64,000 nucleotides of DNA from Bacteroidota bacterium (GCA_040388395.1 JAZKBY010000014.1:143800-207799), one strand, 5' to 3'. Positions 49,111 to 58,488 are shown, numbered from the stretch's first letter. Numbers and translations: made by a program. Notes: generated by a model from the letters alone, not told the origin.

Positions 49111-50499
49111 CTATTTCAATATACCCTTTGCTTTTATATCATTATCAATCCATTCGCGTTCCAGATCTTTATTTTTTAAATAATCGCTAATGGTATAAGT
49201 AATAGGTATATCGGGCATTACGCCCCGCCCAATTTGCTTTACTTTTGGTAATACGGTAATCTGCACTAAGCCAAATGTAAATCTTAAGCCGCTACCGGGA
49301 AGGAGCGACTCATCATATACGCCCGCAATACAGCCATTTCGTCCTCCTCCGGTTTCTTCGCCAACTAATGTAGCCCTATTTATAATCTTTAAATTGGCAG
49401 CCAACCACGCCGCAGCCGAAAATGTTACCCCGTTAGTTATAATGTATAGTTTGCCATCATAATGGTAAGACTGGGGTTGTACTGGCCATTTACAACCATT
49501 GTCGAAATCGTGTAACATAGCTGTTTGTTCATGGCCCAATTGCCCTGATCTAAGTGCCCCCAAATATGTTGGCTTATCGATCAACATTGAAAACAAGTGG
49601 GCCATTCGCTTATAGTCTCCCCCCATATTATCCCTCAGATCAATGATAAGGCATTTTGTATCGAGTCTATTATATTCAACAAAAATTTTGTTAAGTGGGT
49701 CTAGTTCAGGAAAATACCATTCAAATTTTGATATTTTAAGATAGGCAGGTTTGTCGTTAGAAGCAGTGTCTGCATATATGTCATAAAGTTCGGAAGAAGC
49801 ATTTAGTAATTTGGGCCTGTCTTGTGCTATTAACTCAATGGTTTTTAGGCTGTCATTTTGTTTTATAACAACATTTAGCTTCTGCTTTAAACCATAGGTA
49901 TAATAATAATCATTAGGGAACTCACTTAAGTTTAATGCCCCAATTTTAAGAGTTTGGTTGTAGCCATCAGATGCCCGTTGGTCCGCGAGAGTCAAAATAA
50001 TATCCGATGCCGGTTTCCCATCAATAGAAAGGATTTCTGCACCAGGTGCGATAAGGTTATTACCCGAATCATTTTTTACAACATACAGCCTGCCTTTTAT
50101 AATTTTATAAGTTAATTGTTGTATCGGATAGATCTTATCTCCTTTAAAAAAGAGCATATCGGCTGATGGGAAATTATCTTCATTAAGCGCTAATTTTATA
50201 TGTCCATCGCCAATGCTTGATAAAACGTGCAATAGTTTATGTTGAAACTGTGGTGCAGTTAGCGGGGTATTGATGGCGTTTTTAAGGCTACTGAACTTGT
50301 AATTAAGTTTGGCCTTGCTTATATACCAATATAGATTGGGGTGTTTTTTGGTAAGCAAATCACGCACATAATCAATGTCGGTACGCAATTGTTCAGGCGT
50401 GTAGGTTTTTACAAAAATGCTGGTAAGAGAGTCTGTTTGTGCATTGCTGTTAATAGAACAGGACAATAAAATAAAAATGAAAAGGTATCGAAACGTCAT
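49111..50499 (-). CDS. S41-family peptidase (copy 2, tandem paralog)
   Basis: Same motifs, with long near-identical blocks shared with copy 1. Confidence 0.85.
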   Translation of the reverse strand: MTFRYLFIFILLSCSINSNAQTDSLTSIFVKTYTPEQLRTDIDYVRDLLTKKHPNLYWYISKAKLNYKFSSLKNAINTPLTAPQFQHKLLHVLSSIGDGHIKLALNEDNFPSADMLFFKGDKIYPIQQLTYKIIKGRLYVVKNDSGNNLIAPGAEILSIDGKPASDIILTLADQRASDGYNQTLKIGALNLSEFPNDYYYTYGLKQKLNVVIKQNDSLKTIELIAQDRPKLLNASSELYDIYADTASNDKPAYLKISKFEWYFPELDPLNKIFVEYNRLDTKCLIIDLRDNMGGDYKRMAHLFSMLIDKPTYLGALRSGQLGHEQTAMLHDFDNGCKWPVQPQSYHYDGKLYIITNGVTFSAAAWLAANLKIINRATLVGEETGGGRNGCIAGVYDESLLPGSGLRFTFGLVQITVLPKVKQIGRGVMPDIPITYTISDYLKNKDLEREWIDNDIKAKGILK

Positions 50500-50533
50500 G
50501 AGGTTATGGTTGCCCTAATGTAGCAGAAATTTT

Positions 50534-52054
50534 TTACACCACCAACTCCACCACCTTCAAAATAGCATCCACATACTCCCTGTTATTAGCTAACCGCGGC
50601 ACTTTATGCTGGCCGCCTAATTTGCCTTTTTCTTTCATCCAGTTAAAGAAAGTGCCTTCGGGTACGCGGCGTACTATGGGGCGGCGCAGAGCCATATCTT
50701 TAAAACGCTTGGCATCGTAATCGGAGTTGATACGGCGCAGGGTTTGGTCAAGTATGTCCACAAAGCGTTCAAACTCGGCGGGTTTTTTCTCAAACTCGAT
50801 CAGCCATTCGTGGGCACCGCATTCGTCGCCATTAAAGTAAACAGGGGCGGCGGTGTATTCGCGGATAATGGCACCTGTTTGGCTGCAGGCTTCTTCAAGC
50901 GCACGCTCGGCATTGTCTATAATTACTTCCTCGCCAAAGGCATTTATAAAATGCTTAGTGCGCCCGGTAACCTGGATGCGGTATGGCACCAGCGAGGTAA
51001 ACTTAATGGTATCGCCAATTAAATAGCGCCATAGGCCGGCATTAGTGCTGATGATAGGCGCGTAATTTTTATCCAGCTCAACTTCATCAAGCGTAAGGGT
51101 TACGGGGTTTTCGTTGTGCAGGTTTTCTGTCGGTAAAAACTCGTAGAAAATGCCATAGTCCAACATCAACAGCATTTCGCCCGGCTCAACTGTATCCTGG
51201 ATGCCGAAGAAGCCTTCGGACGCGTTGTAGTTCTCCAAATAATACATGTCATCGCTTGGTATCAGCTTTTTAAACTGCTCGCGGTAGGGCGTAAAATTAA
51301 CCGCGCCGTGGAAATACATTTCAAGGTTGGGCCAAACTTCTAAAAGGTTGTTCTTGCCGGTGATCTCCAGGATGCGTTTGCAAAGCAGCAGGTTCCAGGT
51401 AGGTACACCGCTAAGACTGGTTACATTAACATCCCGGGTGGCGTGGGCCATTTTCTCTATCTTCTCTTCAAAATCTTCCAGCAGGGCAATGTCCAGGTGC
51501 GGAGTACGGTGAAACTCGGCCCATAAGGGCAAGTTCTTCATGATCACTGCTGATAAGTCGCCAAAAGAAGTATCGGGGCTTAACTGGCTAATCTGGTGAC
51601 TGCCACCCAGCGTCAATATCTTACCCGTAAACATTTTAGCGTTGGGGCGATTATTGAAGTAGATGGTTAGCAGATCCTTGCCGCCTTTAAAGTGGCATTC
51701 TTCTAACGATTCCTCGCTAACCGGGATAAATTTACTCCTGTCGCTGGTAGTGCCTGATGATTTGGCGAACCATTTAATTTCTGACGGCCAAAGCACATTT
51801 TGCTCGCCTTTAAGCATCCGCTCTATGTAGGGTTTAAGCGTGTCGTAAGTTTGTATAGGGACGCGCTCTTTAAACTGCGCTAAAGTAGTAATGCTTTTGT
51901 AGCCGTATTTTTTGCCCCACTCGGTATTCTCGGCCCGCGATATCAATTGTTCAAACCATTCTTCCTGTACCTCGTTGGGGTATTTCATAAAAAGCTCTAT
52001 CTGGTGGATACGCTTTTTCATGAACCAGGTAAAAACGGAGTTAAAAATTGTCAT
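50534..52054 (-). CDS. GH3 (auxin-responsive promoter)-family acyl-adenylate enzyme
   Basis: KSSGTT, Y.ASEG and GLWRY.IGDT motifs. Confidence 0.9.
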   Translation of the reverse strand: MTIFNSVFTWFMKKRIHQIELFMKYPNEVQEEWFEQLISRAENTEWGKKYGYKSITTLAQFKERVPIQTYDTLKPYIERMLKGEQNVLWPSEIKWFAKSSGTTSDRSKFIPVSEESLEECHFKGGKDLLTIYFNNRPNAKMFTGKILTLGGSHQISQLSPDTSFGDLSAVIMKNLPLWAEFHRTPHLDIALLEDFEEKIEKMAHATRDVNVTSLSGVPTWNLLLCKRILEITGKNNLLEVWPNLEMYFHGAVNFTPYREQFKKLIPSDDMYYLENYNASEGFFGIQDTVEPGEMLLMLDYGIFYEFLPTENLHNENPVTLTLDEVELDKNYAPIISTNAGLWRYLIGDTIKFTSLVPYRIQVTGRTKHFINAFGEEVIIDNAERALEEACSQTGAIIREYTAAPVYFNGDECGAHEWLIEFEKKPAEFERFVDILDQTLRRINSDYDAKRFKDMALRRPIVRRVPEGTFFNWMKEKGKLGGQHKVPRLANNREYVDAILKVVELVV

Positions 52055-52068
52055 AGAGGCAATTTAAG

Positions 52069-52809
52069 TTATTGAGCGAATGTTTTTCTTTTAAGCACAA
52101 AGTTGGCACCCAGGTACACTTTCCGCACTAATTCATTCTCCGCCAATACCTCCGGTACACCCGATTCTAATATTTTACCCTCAAACAACAGGTAAGCGCG
52201 GTCTGTAATTGACAGCGTCTCCTGCACGTTGTGGTCTGTTATTAAGATCCCGATGTTGCGATGGCGCAGTTTAGCCACCATGCTTTGGATCTCTTCCACC
52301 GCTATTGGGTCAACCCCGGCAAACGGCTCATCTAATAATATAAAGTTAGGTTCGGCAGCCAGCGCACGGGCAATTTCCGTACGGCGGCGCTCGCCACCTG
52401 ATAGTAAATCGCCACGGTTGCGGCGTACACGGTGTAAGCTAAACTCATCAATCAAAGTTTCCAGTTTTTCTTCCTGTTGTACTTTGGTCATTTTGCCCAT
52501 TTCCAGCACCGCCTTAATATTATCCTCAACAGTAAGTTTTCTAAACACCGAAGCCTCCTGCGCCAGGTAACCAATGCCTTTTTGCGCACGGCGGTACATG
52601 GGGTCGGTAGTTATTTCTTCATCGTCCAAAAATATATGGCCCTCGTTTGGTTTTATCAAACCAACAATCATGTAAAACGAGGTTGTTTTACCCGCACCAT
52701 TTGGCCCAAGCAACCCAACGATCTCGCCTTGCGATACGTTGAACGACACATCGCTAACAACAGACCGCTGCTTATATTTTTTAACTAAATTCTCTGCCCG
52801 TAGGTTCAT
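52069..52809 (-). CDS. lptB: LPS export ABC transporter ATP-binding protein
   Basis: [45 protein letters not shown] and TDHNV motifs. Confidence 0.97.
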   Translation of the reverse strand: MNLRAENLVKKYKQRSVVSDVSFNVSQGEIVGLLGPNGAGKTTSFYMIVGLIKPNEGHIFLDDEEITTDPMYRRAQKGIGYLAQEASVFRKLTVEDNIKAVLEMGKMTKVQQEEKLETLIDEFSLHRVRRNRGDLLSGGERRRTEIARALAAEPNFILLDEPFAGVDPIAVEEIQSMVAKLRHRNIGILITDHNVQETLSITDRAYLLFEGKILESGVPEVLAENELVRKVYLGANFVLKRKTFAQ

Positions 52810-52818
52810 ATATTTTGT

Positions 52819-52893
52819 TTTACGTTGGACGTGGTACGTTTTACGTTTCTGTTGATTTACGTATAACGTTAAACGTACAACTTATAACGTTCT
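52819..52893. repeat. Heptamer tandem-inverted micro-repeat (NNNACGT)n
   Basis: Four units at 52819-52846 and five mirror units at 52859-52893 running into the recJ stop codon. Confidence 0.7.
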
Positions 52894-54582
52894 TATCCCT
52901 TTTACATTTAACTGTATCGTGCGCCTTTCGCGCCATACATTTTCTTCAATAGTATAACAAATATCAAAAGGTACGTCTTTTTTTATTTGCGATAGTTGTT
53001 CGCCCTGGCCAAAGGCGATGCAATCAAACAAGGCCGAACCTTCCTGCATCACCGTCATCTTTATATGATTCTGCCCCACCAAACCCGGATTACCGCTAAC
53101 GTACACATTTTTTGTAATAAACACCGGCGACATATTCTCAGGCCCGAACGGTGCAAACTGGTTCATCACCCTAAAAAATTTAGGCTCGATCTGTGTTAAA
53201 CGTAATTCGGCGTCAATTTGTATCTGTTGGATCAATTGCTCGGCAGTGATGGTTGCGCTAACTACTTCCTCAAACTTATCCATAAATGCCTCCACATTCT
53301 TGGGGTGCATAGTTAACCCTGCTGCATATTTATGCCCGCCAAACTGGATCAGCAGGTCGCTGCAACCGCATAGCGCCTCATAAAGGTCGTACCCAAATAC
53401 AGATCGTGCCGAACCGGCCACATGCCCGTTAGACTGCGTAAGCACTACTGTTGGGCGGTAATATTTCTCGGTCAATCGCGAAGCAACAATACCTATAACG
53501 CCCTTGTGCCAGTCCTTATTAAATACTACGGTCGATTTTTTGTCGATCAGGATCTGGCTGTCGCCTATCATACCTAAGGCTTCATCGGTTATTTGCAGGT
53601 CGTGCCCCTTGCGTTCGGTATTTTTTATGTTGATGAGGTCGCCTTTTATCTGGGCCTCTTCATCGTTGCAGGCTATTAATAATTCAACCGCGTGTTTGGC
53701 ATCGTCAATACGACCCGCGGCGTTGATGCGCGGGCCTAACAGGAACACGATATCAGATATTGTATAACTTATGCTTTTGCCGGCAACACCCATTAATATT
53801 TTAAGGCCGATGCATGGATCCTCATTTAACTTTTTCAAACCATAATATGCCAGCACCCGGTTCTCGCCGACTATGGGTACAATATCGCAGGATATACTTA
53901 CAGCAACAAGATCATAGTACCGGCTAACCTCTTCAAAAGGCAGGTCGTTTTTTTCGGCGTAAGCCTGGGCAAGTTTAAAGCCGATGCCACAACCTGATAA
54001 TTCTTTAAAAGGATAAGGGCAATCGGCACGTTTAGGGTCAAGCACCGCAACCGCGGCGGGTAATTCATCGCCAGGCGTATGGTGATCACAAATAATAAAA
54101 TCGATGCCTAAAGTGTTTGCATAGGCTATTTTATCTACGGATTTTATCCCGCAATCCAGCGCGATGATCAGGCCGAAGCCATTTTCGGCGGCATAGTCAA
54201 TACCTTGAGTTGAGATGCCGTAGCCCTCTTTATAACGGTCGGGGATATAATATTCTATATTGCCGTGATGCTTTTTAAAGAAGCTGTATACAACGGCAAC
54301 GGCGGTGGTGCCGTCGACATCATAATCGCCGTAAACCATTATTTTTTCACCGGTGGCGATGGCCGCTTCAATGCGTTCGATGGCTTTTTCCATGTCCTGC
54401 ATCAGGAAAGGATCGTGCAGATGGCGCTCGTCCGGGCGGAAGAAATATTTAGCTTCTTCGAAGGTTTTTATACCCCGGTGCAGCAATAAAGTACTTAAAA
54501 CGGGATCGATGTTCAGCTCGGCAGCTAAATGGTTTATATCATCAATTGCCGGTACTTCCCTTATCGCCCACCGTTTATTCAT
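52882..54582 (-). CDS. recJ: Single-stranded-DNA exonuclease RecJ
   Basis: GDYDVDG, YIPDR..EGYG, DCG, DHH, PRINAAGR, GSARS and FGGH.YAAG motifs. Confidence 0.97.
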   Translation of the reverse strand: MNKRWAIREVPAIDDINHLAAELNIDPVLSTLLLHRGIKTFEEAKYFFRPDERHLHDPFLMQDMEKAIERIEAAIATGEKIMVYGDYDVDGTTAVAVVYSFFKKHHGNIEYYIPDRYKEGYGISTQGIDYAAENGFGLIIALDCGIKSVDKIAYANTLGIDFIICDHHTPGDELPAAVAVLDPKRADCPYPFKELSGCGIGFKLAQAYAEKNDLPFEEVSRYYDLVAVSISCDIVPIVGENRVLAYYGLKKLNEDPCIGLKILMGVAGKSISYTISDIVFLLGPRINAAGRIDDAKHAVELLIACNDEEAQIKGDLINIKNTERKGHDLQITDEALGMIGDSQILIDKKSTVVFNKDWHKGVIGIVASRLTEKYYRPTVVLTQSNGHVAGSARSVFGYDLYEALCGCSDLLIQFGGHKYAAGLTMHPKNVEAFMDKFEEVVSATITAEQLIQQIQIDAELRLTQIEPKFFRVMNQFAPFGPENMSPVFITKNVYVSGNPGLVGQNHIKMTVMQEGSALFDCIAFGQGEQLSQIKKDVPFDICYTIEENVWRERRTIQLNVKGIRTL

Positions 54583-54614
54583 ATCTTTGTTGCTTAAAAC
54601 AGTAAATATAGTTA

Positions 54615-54737
54615 ATGTGCAGATATGCAGATGTGCAAATGTGCAGATTTTTGATTGTTAGAATTTTAAAATTACCTGATATAATTAATACATAGTCATT
54701 TGCATATTTGCACATCCGCAGATCTGCACATCCACAT
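54615..54737. repeat. Octamer tandem-inverted micro-repeat (ATRTGCAR)n
   Basis: Four direct units at 54615-54646 and four-plus inverted units at 54700-54737 flanking an AT-rich core in a divergent intergenic region. Confidence 0.75.
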
Positions 54738-54740
54738 ATT

Positions 54741-55511
54741 ATGAAAATTTTCCCACTTGGCGAGGGTTCTTACTCGGTAGACGCTTCAAAAAAATTTATT
54801 CCTTTTGATCCACAGGTTGATAATTTCCGCGACCGGCCGGGTTCGCTATTCATACATGTTAATCCGTTCCTGGTACAAACGTCAACAGACCTTATTTTAT
54901 TTGATTCGGGCTTAGGTTATAAAGATACCCGTGACGAGCTTTTCCTGCATCAGCATATCCGCAACGCGGGTTTTGATCCGGAGGATGTAACATTGGTTTT
55001 GATGTCTCATTTACATTACGATCATTCGGGCGGCTTAGTAGTAGAACGTAATGGTAAGCTCGAACCCAGCTTTCCTGCGGCGGAGCATGTCATACAGCGT
55101 GGCGAATGGGAAACTGCTTTCAGCGGTAAATCATCATCCTACCACCGGGAGATCTTTGATAGCCTGCAACGGTCGGTGCAGATTACTTATGTAGAAGGAT
55201 CGGGCGAGTTTAAGCCGGGAATAAGATATGAACTATCGGGCGGGCACTGCCAGTATCACCAGGTGTTTTGGATAGAAGATGGCGCCGATAAATGTTTTTT
55301 TGGTGGCGATGAGCTACCGGAGCCTGAACAGTTAATAAGGCGCTTTAAAGCCAAATATGATTTTGACGCCCAAAAGGCGATGGACCTGCGCGACGAGTAT
55401 GGAAAAAAAGCCGCCGCCGAAGGGTGGACAACACTATTTTACCATGCAAAATCTTCGCCTGTGGGTAACATCAGTTATAACGGCGATCATTTTACGATAA
55501 CGCCGGTATAA
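54741..55511 (+). CDS. Metallo-beta-lactamase-fold hydrolase
   Basis: SHLHYDHSGG (HxHxDH), GGHC..HQ and GGD motifs; likely start MKIFP at 54741. Confidence 0.9.
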   Translation: MKIFPLGEGSYSVDASKKFIPFDPQVDNFRDRPGSLFIHVNPFLVQTSTDLILFDSGLGYKDTRDELFLHQHIRNAGFDPEDVTLVLMSHLHYDHSGGLVVERNGKLEPSFPAAEHVIQRGEWETAFSGKSSSYHREIFDSLQRSVQITYVEGSGEFKPGIRYELSGGHCQYHQVFWIEDGADKCFFGGDELPEPEQLIRRFKAKYDFDAQKAMDLRDEYGKKAAAEGWTTLFYHAKSSPVGNISYNGDHFTITPV

Positions 55512-55514
55512 AAC

Positions 55515-55551
55515 AAAAAAAGCGATGGGTTTCAAACCCATCGCTTTTTTT
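55515..55551. terminator. Bidirectional terminator
   Basis: aaaaaaagcgatgggttt-c-aaacccatcgcttttttt. Confidence 0.8.
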
Positions 55552-55567
55552 ACGCGTTATGCAAATA

Positions 55568-55978
55568 TTAATTTGCAGCAAACATTTCTTTTATCTTGTC
55601 AACACTTAACGGTTTTGAAATAAAGTTTTTAACCAGCGGGTATGACCGTGCTTTATTAATATCATTACTAAATACAGATGATGATATGATATAGATCTTG
55701 CTTTTACCTTGCGGGTCGATATTTAAGCGTTTGTATTCGTCTAAAAATTCCCAGCCGTTCATTATTGGCATGTTTATGTCCAATAAAATAAAGTCGGGTA
55801 ACAGTGATGGGTCGTGTTTTTGGATCTCAACAAGCTCTTCTATTGCAAACCTTCCGTTTAAGCATGCGGATATAGCGGTGTTATCTATAGCCTTTTTTAT
55901 CAGCTTTATTGAGATGAAATTATTTATCTCGTCATCATCAACTAATAGAATACTTACAGGTTTGTTATCAGGGTTCAT
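55568..55978 (-). CDS. Single-domain response regulator
   Basis: ILLVDDD, ILLDINMP.MNGWEFL, SSS and F.SKPL motifs. Confidence 0.92.
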   Translation of the reverse strand: MNPDNKPVSILLVDDDEINNFISIKLIKKAIDNTAISACLNGRFAIEELVEIQKHDPSLLPDFILLDINMPIMNGWEFLDEYKRLNIDPQGKSKIYIISSSVFSNDINKARSYPLVKNFISKPLSVDKIKEMFAAN

Positions 55979-56184
55979 ATATAAGCGCTTATACGGACTA
56001 TCTTAAAAAAGGTTGTATTCCTATATGTTGTAACACCGTTAAAAGTAAAAGTGTTTTAATTTACATGAATATACAAGCAATATTACATAAAGATTGCATA
56101 AAATAATAACAAAATTATTACAGGCCTCAATTCTTTCCTTTGGCGAAATTTAGTGTCAGTGTAGTATAATTTTCTGAAAAATAA

Positions 56185-56215
56185 AATGCAATTAAGTTGC
56201 ATTAGTATATATTTG
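56185..56215 (+). promoter_or_regulatory. Candidate Fur/Zur-family operator plus -7 promoter for merC-fur
   Basis: aatgcaa-ttaag-ttgcatt inverted repeat (56185-56203) abutting TATATTTG (56208-56215). Confidence 0.55.
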
Positions 56216-56219
56216 TGCC

Positions 56220-56648
56220 ATGGCATCAAGAAAGTTGGGCAAACGGTTAGATAATTTAGGAATGACAGCATCAACACTATGCGCTATACATTGCGCAATA
56301 GTGCCCATATTGCTTACTTTTTTGCCATTGGCGGGCGTAGGGTTTTTAGCAAACCCATTGTTTGAATGGAGTATGATTACGCTGGCATTATTGCTGGGCG
56401 TATCGTCTATTTTTTTATCTTACTTCCGTACGCATAAACGGGCATTGCCGTTATTGTTATTGTGTAGTGGGTTTGTATTGGTAATTGCAGGGCATATTTA
56501 TTTAAGGGGTTGGGAAGAAGCCATTGTTGTACCCCTGGGCGGGTTGACAATAGCGGCAGCGCATTTTATTAATTATAAATTTGTAGGCGTTTGCAGTAAT
56601 AAAGATCATTTTTTTCATTTAGATCATAATCATCCTAAGCGGCGGTAA
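56220..56648 (+). CDS. MerC-domain membrane protein
   Basis: D.LG..AS.LC.IHC motif, four TMs, His-rich C-terminus. Confidence 0.88.
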   Translation: MASRKLGKRLDNLGMTASTLCAIHCAIVPILLTFLPLAGVGFLANPLFEWSMITLALLLGVSSIFLSYFRTHKRALPLLLLCSGFVLVIAGHIYLRGWEEAIVVPLGGLTIAAAHFINYKFVGVCSNKDHFFHLDHNHPKRR

Positions 56649-56668
56649 CGAATGATTGGGCTGCGATT

Positions 56669-56805
56669 ACTCACCCCGACATCGCTTCGCTCGTCACCCC
56701 CTCTCTTCGCCTTCGGCGGAAAGAGGGGGTGAATATTTTAAAATAAAACAACCTCTTTACCGCTTGTGGAAGAGAGGGTCGCGCACGAAGTGTCACGGGG
56801 TGAGT
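56669..56805. repeat. REPIN-like inverted doublet (family B)
   Basis: actcaccccgac...ctctcttcgcc-ttc-ggcggaaagaggg, spacer, then a divergent inverted partner ending cggggtgagt. The left unit recurs inverted at 58184-58244. Confidence 0.85.
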
Positions 56806-56870
56806 AAACGGCGCGCTTTTTATAACAAACTCACTATTTCTTAGTAGTTTTGTAAACATCATTTAATCAA

Positions 56871-57299
56871 ATGGGTATTAATCATCATTTCGAGCATTTA
56901 TTAAAGCGGCACCAGCTTAAACGCACCGAGGCGCGGTTAAGGGTGTTGAATTTATTGGTGAATAAAAAAACGGCCACATCACAACCCGACCTGGAAAGTG
57001 TTATTGGCGATGTTGACCGCGTTACGCTGTACCGTATCCTAAACGCGTTCGAAGAAAAAGGGATCATCCATAAAGTGTTTGACTTAAACGGAACGGCAAA
57101 TTATGCTATTTGCTCGTCTGACTGTGATGAGCATAATCATAATGACGAACACTTGCATTTTAATTGCACCAATTGCAAAAACGTGTATTGTTTAGATGAA
57201 CTGGATATGCCGCCTATAGTATTACCGGCGGGATTTAAATTAGAAAAATTGAGTTTTAGCGCTACAGGCCTTTGCCCAAAATGCGCTAACAAAGAATAA
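56871..57299 (+). CDS. Fur-family transcriptional regulator (Zur/Nur-like)
   Basis: LK.T..R, DRVTLYR.L..FEE.G, H.HF.C..C and G.C..C motifs. Confidence 0.9.
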   Translation: MGINHHFEHLLKRHQLKRTEARLRVLNLLVNKKTATSQPDLESVIGDVDRVTLYRILNAFEEKGIIHKVFDLNGTANYAICSSDCDEHNHNDEHLHFNCTNCKNVYCLDELDMPPIVLPAGFKLEKLSFSATGLCPKCANKE

Positions 57300-57315
57300 T
57301 ATATAGTCCTGTTAA

Positions 57316-58143
57316 ATGAATAAACCCCTTAAGAGCCTGCAGTTGCTTTCGCTAAACAGTATGCTGCTGGCCCTGATCGTATCGTTAAGCTCATTTACTG
57401 CTAAACAGGATACTTCTAAAAAAAGCACCTTCATGTTTAAAACGGTTATTATTGATGCCGGGCATGGCGGTAAAGACCCGGGCACACATGGCCTGCGCAC
57501 TAACGAAAAAACCGTTGCCTTATCTATCGCCAAAAAATTGAGAACTGCATTGCAGGAACAAATGCCTGCTATTACTACCGTGATGACGCGGAGCGATGAC
57601 ACTTTTATTCCGCTGGACAGGCGCGCGGGCATAGCCAATGACCGTAATGGCAATTTATTTATCTCTATCCATTGTAACTCATCGCCCGAAGGGACCCGGT
57701 ATAGTTCACACAAACAAAAAGGCACCATGATACTGGTTTACGGTTATAACCGGGTTAATAAACAGGTAGAAGCAATCCGCGAGAACTCGTCTATCACCTT
57801 TGAAAAAGATTATAAAACCAAATACCAGGACTATAATGCGGACGAACCGGTAAACCAGATCCTGATAAATGCTTACCTGCAAAAGTACCGCAAGCAAAGC
57901 ATCCTTTTTGGTGACCTGCTTAACCAGGAGTTTAAAAGCGAGGGCCGCCAAACTATTGGTGTTAAAGAACAGGTAATATTGGTGCTTGACCACAGCGCTA
58001 TGCCCGCCGTAATGATAGAAACAGGGTTTATTAATAACCCGGATGATGAAGATTATTTAATGTCTGATGCCGGGCAGGATGAAATAGTGCAGGTAGTAGT
58101 TAATGCGCTTAAACAATATAAAGTTAAAACAACGGTGCAGTAA
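57316..58143 (+). CDS. N-acetylmuramoyl-L-alanine amidase (Amidase_3)
   Basis: IIDAGHGGKDPG, EK..AL, FISIHCN and P.V.IETGF..N motifs. Confidence 0.92.
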   Translation: MNKPLKSLQLLSLNSMLLALIVSLSSFTAKQDTSKKSTFMFKTVIIDAGHGGKDPGTHGLRTNEKTVALSIAKKLRTALQEQMPAITTVMTRSDDTFIPLDRRAGIANDRNGNLFISIHCNSSPEGTRYSSHKQKGTMILVYGYNRVNKQVEAIRENSSITFEKDYKTKYQDYNADEPVNQILINAYLQKYRKQSILFGDLLNQEFKSEGRQTIGVKEQVILVLDHSAMPAVMIETGFINNPDDEDYLMSDAGQDEIVQVVVNALKQYKVKTTVQ

Positions 58144-58244
58144 GCCCCCTCTAAATCTCCCCCGGTAGGGGAGACTTTAAATAACCCTCTTTCCGCCGAA
58201 GGCGAAGAGAGGGGGAGACGAGCGAAGCGATGTCTGGGGTGAGT
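58143..58244. repeat. Chimeric doublet: family A unit (58143-58177) plus inverted family B unit (58184-58244)
   Basis: Direct sequence comparison with 18022-18056 and 56669-56727. Confidence 0.85.
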
Positions 58245-58284
58245 AATCGCCGCCGGGAAAATGAAAACAATTAAAACAAACAAC

Positions 58285-58488
58285 ATGGACGAATTTGATA
58301 AAGCCCTTGCCCAAATAGGTATAAATAACGCAAGCGAAATTAACGGTGACCTAAAAGATTATTTCACAGTTACCAAAAGAGAAGACGGCACCTATAAAAT
58401 AAAATGGGAGAAAAATATTTCAACCCATATACGCCATAAGGTTACCGCATTGATTAAGAAACACTATGTAGCTCCTAAAGCTAAATAG
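58285..58488 (+). CDS. Small hypothetical protein
   Basis: About 67 aa from MDEFDK; A-rich upstream; alternative start at 58261. Confidence 0.6.
   Translation: MDEFDKALAQIGINNASEINGDLKDYFTVTKREDGTYKIKWEKNISTHIRHKVTALIKKHYVAPKAK

Noticed and set aside
56656-56862. ORFs 56656-56844 (+) and 56671-56862 (-), also 58053-58286 (-)
   Set aside because: They are translations of the palindromic repeats (PRHRFAR.PLSSPSAERG occurs in two of them), not independent genes.
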